Assembly: GCA_016202815.1 (NCBI GenBank)
Contig: JACQNZ010000002.1
Span: 48,228 to 80,227 of the forward strand
Length of the DNA: 32,000 nucleotides
Source: Candidatus Aenigmatarchaeota archaeon
Lineage (GTDB): Archaea; Aenigmatarchaeota; Aenigmatarchaeia; JACPZZ01
Direction of reading: 5' to 3'
Shown: positions 16,169 to 23,444 of the stretch, piece after piece
How positions within the stretch are numbered: position 1 is the stretch's first letter
Layout: every line of letters begins with the position of its first letter
Made by a program: the position numbers and the translations under genes
The notes under the pieces: model-generated
Seen by the model: the letters and a program-made list of their open reading frames with translations, nothing else
What the model was told of the DNA's origin: nothing
Database searches by the model: none

Positions 16169-16363
16169 ATGGAACAACAGGTGGAAATTACTAAAACTGA
16201 CAAAAAATTGTGCACTACCTGCGGGTCTGTTGTTGCCTACGTAGGCACGTTCGTGGAGTTCATGTGCCCAAACTGCGGCTCAGATTTGATACGCCGCTGC
16301 GAAAAATGCAAGAACTTCAGCAACAAATACAAATGCTCCAAATGCGGTTTCGAAGGGCCGTGA
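16169..16363 (+). CDS. Small Zn-ribbon protein of the type conserved upstream of aEF-1beta (COG2888-like)
   Basis: 64 aa with CTTC...CPNC...CEKC...CSKC. It has the conserved position upstream of aEF-1beta in archaea. Confidence 0.6.
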   Translation: MEQQVEITKTDKKLCTTCGSVVAYVGTFVEFMCPNCGSDLIRRCEKCKNFSNKYKCSKCGFEGP

Positions 16364-16492
16364 AGAATTAGAAGCGGTCGAAAAAATGAAACATACCGTA
16401 ACAGCTAGAAGCATATCGTATTAACTAGAAGCATGCCGATACAATATACGGCATGCTTCAGGCAACTGTGTTTCCAGCAACTCATGCTTCAG
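16362..16492. repeat. Intergenic array of GAARCAT units forming a long imperfect palindrome with a perfect 11-bp core hairpin (copy 1)
   Basis: The core is GAAGCATGCCG-ATACAATATA-CGGCATGCTTC (16428-16459). Direct units start at 16388, 16408 and 16428 (20-nt period), and inverted units end at 16459, 16474 and 16490. Confidence 0.7.
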
Positions 16493-16503
16493 ACGGTGAT
16501 CGA

Positions 16504-16761
16504 ATGGGAAATGTGATGGTAACTTTTCGCGTAATGCCTGAATCGACTGAAACAGACCTGGAAAAGATCAAGGCGTCGCTTCTCAAAATAGGCGCAAAAA
16601 AATTAAGCGTCGAACCGCTGGCTTTTGGGCTGAACGCTGTCATGGCGTATTTCATCGTGCCTGATGCGGAGGGCGGAGCCGAAGAGCTCGAAAAAGCCGT
16701 CAAAAAGGTAGAAGGCGTGTCGGAAGCGGAAATAACAGAGGTCAACAGGACATTGTTCTAG
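16504..16761 (+). CDS. ef1b: Translation elongation factor aEF-1 beta
   Basis: MGNVMVTFRVMPESTETDLEKIK...PLAFGLNAV...VPDAEGGAEELE...VEGVSEAEI. The ATG at 16504 has GGTGAT 4 nt upstream. The track's longer start at 16453 lies inside a hairpin repeat. Confidence 0.85.
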   Translation: MGNVMVTFRVMPESTETDLEKIKASLLKIGAKKLSVEPLAFGLNAVMAYFIVPDAEGGAEELEKAVKKVEGVSEAEITEVNRTLF

Positions 16762-16931
16762 AAACCTCTGGCAGGACTCATGCCAGCGGGCGCCTTTGAT
16801 TTTCTCCCGTCCATGCACAATTTGCAGCCCTGGTTGAAAACGCAGCCGCTGCACACCAGGGCGTAACAATTGTTGCAGCTGGCTAATTTCGCGACATTGC
16901 CGCAACTCTGGCATAAGGATATTTTTTCCAT
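16758..16931 (-). CDS. Small 4xCxxC zinc-finger protein (57 aa), below the 60-aa cutoff of the ORF track
   Basis: Hand translation gives MEKISLCQSCGNVAKLASCNNCYALVCSGCVFNQGCKLCMDGRKSKAPAGMSPARGF*. GGAGTGA lies 7 nt upstream of the ATG and TATTATAA is further upstream. Seven of the 8 Cys codons are TGC, as in neighbouring genes. Its stop overlaps the ef1b stop. Confidence 0.45.
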   Translation of the reverse strand: MEKISLCQSCGNVAKLASCNNCYALVCSGCVFNQGCKLCMDGRKSKAPAGMSPARGF

Positions 16932-17007
16932 AAACCCGTCACTCCATAATTATAATATCTACGTTATCTGGAATAAGACGGACAATTGCGGGTTTATTGG
17001 TCGTTGC

Positions 17008-17817
17008 CTAATCCTGTGGTTTAAACTTCTTCCTGCTGACAAGGTCGTGCGTTTCGACTTCCTCGAGCTCCAGAACCTCTTTGGCCAGCTGTAACCCGCC
17101 AACAATCTCAGGCAAAACAACTATTTCAGCGCCGGCCCTGTGCAATCGCCTTATCGCAGCCTCGGAATCGGCGCGCGCCCCGATGAGTATGTTCGGATTT
17201 ATGTCATTGGCCGTTAACACCAATGATGTGTTGTCCGAGTCCGTATTCAAAACAGCTATCAGGCCCTTCGCACGCTTTATGCCCGCCCTTTCCAGAACGC
17301 GCGGGTCAAGGGCGTTTCCCTCCACAGTCAGCCCGCCCAGTTCATTCAATTCTTTGACAGTTTCCGGATCCATGTCAACAACCACAAAAGAAACCCCGTT
17401 TGAGCGCATGACGCTTGATATCTTTTCCCCCACGCGGCCATAGCCGCATATGATGAAATGGTCCTTAAGTTCCTCGAGTTTCTTTTTCAACGTATTCCCC
17501 CTCAAATCCACCCGGCTTAACCTGTCCACTATGTTAGCGGACAAGAATGATATTATTATTATAAATGCGATCCCATTTATAACTGAAAATATCCTGACCA
17601 CCGGAAGCTCGTAAAATTCCTGGCTAACAAAACAGTTGGCGCTTGTTATTGAGCAAAGTGTCCAGTACAACGCGTCATCTACTTTTGTCTTGTCCAGGCT
17701 CGAAACAAGGAACGTAGAAAGGAATGTTATGAGCAGGACGCTTGCGAGAAGGATCATGTTCAACGACGGCGCGCGGATCCTGTCGTAGGACTTTTTTTTG
17801 GCTGACGGCTTGGCCAT
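17008..17817 (-). CDS. MthK-like 2TM channel with a cytoplasmic RCK/TrkA-N domain and a non-canonical pore
   Basis: TM1, a pore-helix-like ALYWTLCSITSANCF, TM2, then the Rossmann motif FIICGYGRVGE and a TrkA-N-like domain. TVGYG is absent. Confidence 0.65.
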   Translation of the reverse strand: MAKPSAKKKSYDRIRAPSLNMILLASVLLITFLSTFLVSSLDKTKVDDALYWTLCSITSANCFVSQEFYELPVVRIFSVINGIAFIIIISFLSANIVDRLSRVDLRGNTLKKKLEELKDHFIICGYGRVGEKISSVMRSNGVSFVVVDMDPETVKELNELGGLTVEGNALDPRVLERAGIKRAKGLIAVLNTDSDNTSLVLTANDINPNILIGARADSEAAIRRLHRAGAEIVVLPEIVGGLQLAKEVLELEEVETHDLVSRKKFKPQD

Positions 17818-17866
17818 AATATAACATGTCCCAGCTTTTTAATATCTGTTAATCAGGATTAAAGTC

Positions 17867-18895
17867 ATGGGCGTGCAGATATCGGACATAATCGAAAAGG
17901 ATCCGGTTGAAATGGACAGCTTATCAGCCAAGGTTGTCGCCATCGACGCGTATAACACCCTTTACCAGTTCCTGTCAAGCATACGCCAGCCCGATGGCAC
18001 TCCTCTAATGGACACGGCAGGCCGGGTGACATCCCACCTTTCAGGCCTTCTGTACAGGACGTCAAGATTTATCGAAGCCGGCATGCTGCCGGTGTTTGTT
18101 TTCGACGGCAAGCCTCCCGCATTCAAGAATGTCACGCTCGAGAAGCGCGCACTGGTAAAGGCCGAGGCCGAAAAAAAATTGGAAGAGGCGTTGGCGAAAG
18201 GCGACATGGAGCAGGCCCGCAAGGCTGCGCAGGCCGCATCACGCCTGACAAAGGACATGGTCGCAGAAGCTAAAAACCTTCTAAACCTCATGGGCATCCC
18301 TGTGGTGCAGGCTCCAAGCGAAGCAGAAGCGCAGGCCGCGCACATGACAAAACGCGGCAGCGCCTTCGCAACGGCCTCACAAGATTATGATTCGCTCCTG
18401 TTTGGGTCGCCGCGCCTGGTTAGGAATCTAACAATAACCGGAAAGAAAAAACTGCCGAACAAGGAAACGTACATTGAGGTAAGGCCCGAAATGGTGGAAC
18501 TAAAAAGAAACCTTGGCATGCTCGGCATCACGCAGGAAAAATTGATAGTTTTGGGCATTCTTGTCGGAACCGATTTCAATGTCGGCGGTATAAAAGGAAT
18601 AGGCCCAAAAAAGGCGCTTCACATCGTACAGACAAGAAGTGTGGATGAAATATTCACGGAAATGGATTTCAGCCCGTATGACCCGCAAATGATACTGAAT
18701 TTCTTCACAAACCCTCCCGTAGAAGACAATTACGAAATATCATGGAAAAAACCTGACGAGGAGGGGATAAAAAAAATGATGGTAGACGGGCATTCATTTT
18801 CGGAGGAACGTGTTGCAAAAGTTTTGGGGACCATGAAGAAGAAATCCCCGCACAGCCAGAAAAACCTAGGGTCATGGCTGAATCAAGCCGGCTGA
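17867..18895 (+). CDS. fen: Flap endonuclease 1 (FEN1)
   Basis: MGVQISDII..., VAIDAYNTLYQFLS, VFVFDGKPP, APSEAEAQAA, SQDYDSLLFG and GTDFN are the classic XPG-N/I and H3TH motifs. Confidence 0.9.
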   Translation: MGVQISDIIEKDPVEMDSLSAKVVAIDAYNTLYQFLSSIRQPDGTPLMDTAGRVTSHLSGLLYRTSRFIEAGMLPVFVFDGKPPAFKNVTLEKRALVKAEAEKKLEEALAKGDMEQARKAAQAASRLTKDMVAEAKNLLNLMGIPVVQAPSEAEAQAAHMTKRGSAFATASQDYDSLLFGSPRLVRNLTITGKKKLPNKETYIEVRPEMVELKRNLGMLGITQEKLIVLGILVGTDFNVGGIKGIGPKKALHIVQTRSVDEIFTEMDFSPYDPQMILNFFTNPPVEDNYEISWKKPDEEGIKKMMVDGHSFSEERVAKVLGTMKKKSPHSQKNLGSWLNQAG

Positions 18896-18941
18896 AGCAT
18901 GGATTGCTAGAAACATACCGATACAGTATACGGTATGTTTC
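18892..18941. repeat. GAARCAT hairpin element, copy 2
   Basis: CTGAAGCAT at 18892 contains the fen stop codon. The core is GAAACATACCG-ATACAGTATA-CGGTATGTTTC (18910-18941), a perfect 11-bp stem. Confidence 0.7.
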
Positions 18942-18980
18942 AGTTTTGTCATGACTCTGTCTGCAAAACGCCCGTGCCAA

Positions 18981-19607
18981 TTACCTCAACGGCACGAATG
19001 CGACGCCTCCAACGCTCTTTTTTTCGATCCGATTGCCGTTCTTTTCTACCACAAATAAGTTTTGGAAATATTCGCCGACAGGTATTATCATCCTGCCGCG
19101 ATTTTTCAACAGCCTGGTCAATTCATCGGGAATGGTTTTTACCGCCGCGCTCACGGCTATTTTGTCGAATTTTCCCATACGCGCGCCGCATTTTATCACA
19201 TCTTCGTTTAGGAGGGTCAGGTCTTCATAACCGGCTTTTTCCAGATTGGCTTTCCCAAACTCGTAAGTTTCTTTTTTTATTTCCGCTCCAACGATTTTGC
19301 CGTTTTTTACAATTTCGCCCATGTAAGCAAGCAGTATGCCCGAACCAAAGCCTATTTCCAGCACATCATCGTTGTTTTTAAGGTCTAGCAATTCGAGAAC
19401 AATAGCATGCATGTGCGGCGCGGACATGGTCACACCGCCCGGTATAGGCAATGGACAATCGGCATAGGCAATTTTGCAGTGCTCCTCCAAAACGAAATTC
19501 TTCCTGTCAACCCTCTCAAACGCCCCGATAACGCCCGTGCTTTTCAGGTAGCCTTCGTCCGTTAACGATTTCAACAGCTTTTGCCGCGCCTCTTCCACGT
19601 CGCTCAT
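18981..19607 (-). CDS. pcm: Protein-L-isoaspartate O-methyltransferase
   Basis: SAPHMHA, SAM motif VLEIGFGSGILLAYM, and C-terminal VAFVPL. 208 aa. Confidence 0.85.
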   Translation of the reverse strand: MSDVEEARQKLLKSLTDEGYLKSTGVIGAFERVDRKNFVLEEHCKIAYADCPLPIPGGVTMSAPHMHAIVLELLDLKNNDDVLEIGFGSGILLAYMGEIVKNGKIVGAEIKKETYEFGKANLEKAGYEDLTLLNEDVIKCGARMGKFDKIAVSAAVKTIPDELTRLLKNRGRMIIPVGEYFQNLFVVEKNGNRIEKKSVGGVAFVPLR

Positions 19608-19641
19608 AAATAGCTTTATCAGATGTCACCCAATTAATAAT

Positions 19642-20529
19642 ATGGAAGCGGCTGTTCTGGTCAGGAAAATAAAAAACCTGGAAATACAGGGCGCGAAAGC
19701 CGTTGCGCTCGCTGGTCTGGACGCGCTCAACCTGTGCGCATCTGAAATAAAATCAAATGGCAGGAACGGTTTTTTACGGACCCTGGAATCGAAATCAAAG
19801 CTGATCAAAGAAGCACGCCCCACCGAGCCGGCGCTGAAGAATGCATTAAGTTTTGTGATGGGCAGGCTTCCGAAAGCCGGAACCATCGAAGATGCCCAAA
19901 AAGCGGTTGCGCTCGAAGTCAGAAATTTCTCAAAAAACATCGAATCCTCGATAAAAAAAATAGGGGAAATAGGCGCGCGAAGAATACCAAATAAGGCCGT
20001 AGTGTTCACACACTGTCATTCGAACACTGTGATGGAAATATTCCGTTGCGCAAAAAAAGACGGCAAAAAATTCGAAGTAATCTGCACAGAAACGCGCCCG
20101 ATGAATCAGGGTTTATTGACAGCAAAACAGGTCGCTGGCATGCAAATACCGGTGACGCTTATCGTGGACTCGGCTGCGCGCACCTTTGTAAAAAAATGCG
20201 ACTTGGTGATCATAGGCGCTGACGCGATAACATCTACAGGCGATGTTGTGAATAAGGTCGGATCTTCGACAATCGCACTGATAGCGGAGGAACAAAAAAA
20301 GCCTCTTTATGTTGCCGCGGGCACGCACAAAATAGACCCCGAAACTGCCAAAGGTTTTTTGGAGCCGATAGAAGAGAGGCCAGCGAAGGAAATTACGGCA
20401 AAAAAACTAAAGGGTGTGAAAATAAGGAATCCGGCGTTCGACGTCGTCGCCGCGAACAGGATAAGCGGAATAATCACAGAACTTGGCATGGTAGCGCCGC
20501 AAAGCGTTAGCAGGTGGGCAAAAAATTAA
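19642..20529 (+). CDS. e2b2: eIF-2B alpha/beta/delta-family protein, likely ribose-1,5-bisphosphate isomerase
   Basis: FTHCHSNTV, CTETRP, IIGADAI and NPAFDVVAANRISGIITELG are eIF-2B-family motifs. The isomerase call rests on its position directly upstream of the AMP phosphorylase. Confidence 0.65.
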   Translation: MEAAVLVRKIKNLEIQGAKAVALAGLDALNLCASEIKSNGRNGFLRTLESKSKLIKEARPTEPALKNALSFVMGRLPKAGTIEDAQKAVALEVRNFSKNIESSIKKIGEIGARRIPNKAVVFTHCHSNTVMEIFRCAKKDGKKFEVICTETRPMNQGLLTAKQVAGMQIPVTLIVDSAARTFVKKCDLVIIGADAITSTGDVVNKVGSSTIALIAEEQKKPLYVAAGTHKIDPETAKGFLEPIEERPAKEITAKKLKGVKIRNPAFDVVAANRISGIITELGMVAPQSVSRWAKN

Positions 20530-20547
20530 TATCCTCTTGGTGTTTGT

Positions 20548-22098
20548 ATGAATCTTAAATCAAAACTGGCCGGCATAGAATCGGGCGGCGTTTTCGTTGT
20601 AATATTGAACCCGAAGGATGCCGCGGACATAGGCGTACATTCAACTGACCGGGTGAAAGTTTCCCGCAACGGCCGCGAAGCCGTATGCATCGTCGACGTT
20701 TCTAAAAGCTGGATATCCAAAGGCTCGCTCGGCATATACAGGGAGGTTGAAAAGGCGCTTTCCATAAAAGCCGGCGATGTTGTCGATGTGGCGGCGGCCG
20801 ACGCGCCTCGCTCCATGGAATTCATAACAAAAAAAATGAACGGTGCGCGCCTCAACAAGCAGGAAATGTTCGCTATAGTAAAGGACACCGTGGAACGTAA
20901 ATTGTCCGATGTTGAATTGACGGCATTCGTTTCCTCCCTTCATTTCAACGGCATGTCCATGGACGAGACCGTGGCACTGTCGACTTCGATGGCCGAAACG
21001 GGCAAGACGCTCGGGATAAAGGAAAAAATTATACTGGACAAGCATAATATAGGCGGCGTTCCGGGCGATAAGACGTCAATGCTGGTAGTCCCGATAATCG
21101 CTGCGGCCGGTTACAAGATCCCCAAGACAAGTTCGCGCGCAATAACATCCCCAGCCGGAACCTCGGACAGGGTGGAGTGCCTATGCCCTGTGGATTTGAG
21201 TGTTGAAGAAATTTTAAACACGGTTGAAAAAACAAACGGCTGCTTGGCATGGGGCGGCGCCGTTGATCTCGCTCCGGCAGATGACATGTTCATCCAGGTA
21301 GAATATCCATTGGCGATCGACCCGTTGTTATTGCCGTCAGTCATGTCAAAGAAAAAGGCCGTTGGTGCAACCCACGTTGTGATAGACATGCCAACTGGCC
21401 GCGGATCGAAACTAAAAACCATCGGCGCGGCGCACGCGCTGGCAAAGGATTTCATCGAACTCGGCAAAAACATGGGGATAATTGTCAATTGTGTTATAAC
21501 ATTCGGGGAGCAGCCGATCGGGTACGGCGTCGGCCCTGCCCTCGAGGCGCGCGAGGCGCTGGACGCGATATCAAACGTCTCATCGCCGCCCGACCTTGTT
21601 GAAAAGGCCGTAGACCTCGCAGGCGCGCTCCTTGAACTGGCCGGCGAAAGAAACGGCAAGGAGCTGGCATACAAACTCCTGAAATCGGGCAGCGCAGAGC
21701 GCAAGCTGCGCCAGATAATCGGGTCGCAGGGCGGTGACCCGAAAATAAAAACCAACGACATAGAAGTGGGGTCGCACATCGCAGAAATACGCAGCAAGAC
21801 GGACGGCATGATCTGGTGGATCGCAAACCATGACATTGTAAAAATTGCACGCGAAGCCGGGGCACCGAAGGACAAAGGCGCTGGCATATTATTCAGGAAA
21901 AAAATAGGCGATGCCGTAAAGAAAGGCGACGTTGTCATGGAGGTATACGCAGAGAACGAAAGGAAGCTGCACAACGCAATCGCGCTTGCAGAATCGCTCA
22001 ACCCAGTCGGCGTTTACGCGCGCCCGCAGGATCGCACGTTGATAGAAAAGGTGCCTGACGGGGAGGACCATAAAAAATTATTCATTCTGGAAAGGTAG
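20548..22098 (+). CDS. deoA: AMP phosphorylase (thymidine phosphorylase family with an N-terminal extension)
   Basis: 516 aa. The N-terminal ~85-aa extra domain (LAGIESGGVFVVILNPKDAADIGVHSTDRVKV) is typical of archaeal AMPpase. The core carries DKHNIGGVPGDKTS, SSRAITSPAGTSD and GGAVDLAPADD. Confidence 0.75.
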   Translation: MNLKSKLAGIESGGVFVVILNPKDAADIGVHSTDRVKVSRNGREAVCIVDVSKSWISKGSLGIYREVEKALSIKAGDVVDVAAADAPRSMEFITKKMNGARLNKQEMFAIVKDTVERKLSDVELTAFVSSLHFNGMSMDETVALSTSMAETGKTLGIKEKIILDKHNIGGVPGDKTSMLVVPIIAAAGYKIPKTSSRAITSPAGTSDRVECLCPVDLSVEEILNTVEKTNGCLAWGGAVDLAPADDMFIQVEYPLAIDPLLLPSVMSKKKAVGATHVVIDMPTGRGSKLKTIGAAHALAKDFIELGKNMGIIVNCVITFGEQPIGYGVGPALEAREALDAISNVSSPPDLVEKAVDLAGALLELAGERNGKELAYKLLKSGSAERKLRQIIGSQGGDPKIKTNDIEVGSHIAEIRSKTDGMIWWIANHDIVKIAREAGAPKDKGAGILFRKKIGDAVKKGDVVMEVYAENERKLHNAIALAESLNPVGVYARPQDRTLIEKVPDGEDHKKLFILER

Positions 22099-22099
22099 G

Positions 22100-23400
22100 A
22101 TAAAGTAGGATATGTGACATACTCCCACCTAAAAGGTGTAGGCTTCTTGCTTCCCTGACGGAACTGTCGCCCCATCTCCACAAGCGTTACTTCCCGCCTG
22201 CCCGGCGGTAGCTCTGATGAGTATATTCTTTGCAGCGTTCAAATCTCTGTCTATCACAAGACCGCAGAAAGGACAGTCATGTATCCTGTCTGAAAGTTCC
22301 TTCTTAACAATCTCGTGACAGTTGCTGCATCCTTGTGTAGTGTTTTTCGGGTCTACGAATACGATCTTGCAACCAGCTTCTTCCGCTTTGTAGCTGATCA
22401 TATTCGCAAACACATTCCATCCGGCATCGTTGATCGACTTGCCTAAGTTTTGTTTTGACATTTCTTTTGAGGCAAGTTTTTCAAGCGCTATGAAGGAATA
22501 ATCATTGACGATTCTTGTTGATGTCTTATGAAGGAAATCTGCTCTTGTGTTTGATACTTTTTCGTGAAGTCTTGCAACCTTGAGCTTTGCCTTCTTCCTG
22601 TTATTGCTTACTTTCTTTTTATTGGATAATTCCCTTTGCAGTTTGGCAAGGTTCTCTTCGTGCCGTTCCAGATGTCTTGGATTTTGTATGACTTCTCCGT
22701 TTGAAATGGTGGCAAAGGTTTTCAAACCCAAATCTATTCCTATTTGTTCTCCGTTATTTATCCTCGGTTCTTTTCTCTCCTGTCCAACACAGAACGTGGC
22801 GAACCATTTGCCTGAAGATTCCCTTTTCAATGTCAGGGTTTTTACTTCGCCTTCTATCTCACGATGTTTCTTGATGTTTATTTCTCCAAAAGGGGTTACT
22901 TTGAGTTTTTTATTGAGTGAAAAACCACTCTGCGGATAATTTAGGCTCTTTATTCTATCAATATTCTTGAAGCGAGGATAACCGCATTCCTTGCCCTGCT
23001 TTCTCATTTTGACCATGCGCCACAAAGCCCTTTGAAGCCTGTGCGATAATGTCTGCGCTACTTGAGAATACAAACCGCTGTTCTTTACCATTATTTGCAT
23101 TTCACTTTTTGTAAGGAATTTCCCTGTTTCATCATATTTTTTCTTGTTAGATTCAAGAAGCGTGTTCCACAGGTTCTTCTCTATCCAGAGATGTTCTTTC
23201 ATCTGAGTTTCCTGTTTCTTTGACGGGTAGATTCTGAATTTGTAGGTTCTCATGCTGCTTCGCCCTCACAACATCCTGTACATGTTCCAAATGCTTTTTA
23301 TGTTTTCGGTTGTGGTGTGCCGATATGGTTCGCTTCCATCCCGCCCCCGAAGAGCGTGGAATTTCCCGCTCACTCTGTTAAAATATTTAAGCGCGGACAG
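22100..23400 (-). mobile_element. TnpB-only IS200/IS605-type element (no tnpA); the boundaries are approximate
   Basis: The tnpB gene is flanked by a hairpin right after its stop (22105-22128) and by imperfect palindromes upstream (about 23325-23385). It appears more AT-rich than its neighbours. The exact ends cannot be set from one copy. Confidence 0.4.
22129..23253 (-). CDS. tnpB: TnpB (IS200/IS605-family OrfB, RuvC-like RNA-guided nuclease)
   Basis: MRTYKFRIYPSKKQ (OrfB N-terminus), RuvC-I IGIDLG, RuvC-II FIALEKL, Zn finger CSNC..CPFC, and RuvC-III DRDLNAAKNI. 374 aa and apparently intact. Confidence 0.85.
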   Translation of the reverse strand: MRTYKFRIYPSKKQETQMKEHLWIEKNLWNTLLESNKKKYDETGKFLTKSEMQIMVKNSGLYSQVAQTLSHRLQRALWRMVKMRKQGKECGYPRFKNIDRIKSLNYPQSGFSLNKKLKVTPFGEINIKKHREIEGEVKTLTLKRESSGKWFATFCVGQERKEPRINNGEQIGIDLGLKTFATISNGEVIQNPRHLERHEENLAKLQRELSNKKKVSNNRKKAKLKVARLHEKVSNTRADFLHKTSTRIVNDYSFIALEKLASKEMSKQNLGKSINDAGWNVFANMISYKAEEAGCKIVFVDPKNTTQGCSNCHEIVKKELSDRIHDCPFCGLVIDRDLNAAKNILIRATAGQAGSNACGDGATVPSGKQEAYTF

Positions 23401-23444
23401 CGTAATAATCAACCGTGACATTCGAAACGCTAGATTATTACGTT

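Noticed and set aside
16453-16503. The extended aEF-1beta start at 16453
   Set aside because: That ATG lies inside the 3' arm of the perfect 11-bp hairpin. The canonical MGNV...VMPES start at 16504 has a GGTGAT Shine-Dalgarno motif.
16603-16914. A 103-aa minus-strand ORF from the supplied track
   Set aside because: It overlaps about 160 nt of ef1b and has no motif content. The same spacer holds a much more plausible 57-aa 4xCxxC ORF in a different frame (16758-16931).
16930-16997. A 9-bp inverted repeat ATAAACCCG / CGGGTTTAT flanking the small-ORF upstream region
   Set aside because: It is a single short repeat with 50-nt spacing and competing alternative pairings (CCGTC/GACGG). That is compatible with chance in an AT-rich spacer.
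21111-22001. A 296-aa ORF antisense to the AMP phosphorylase gene
   Set aside because: It lies entirely inside a well-supported CDS on the other strand. The product is low-complexity (S/A/P/F-rich) with no motifs. This is a typical shadow ORF of a moderately GC-rich gene.
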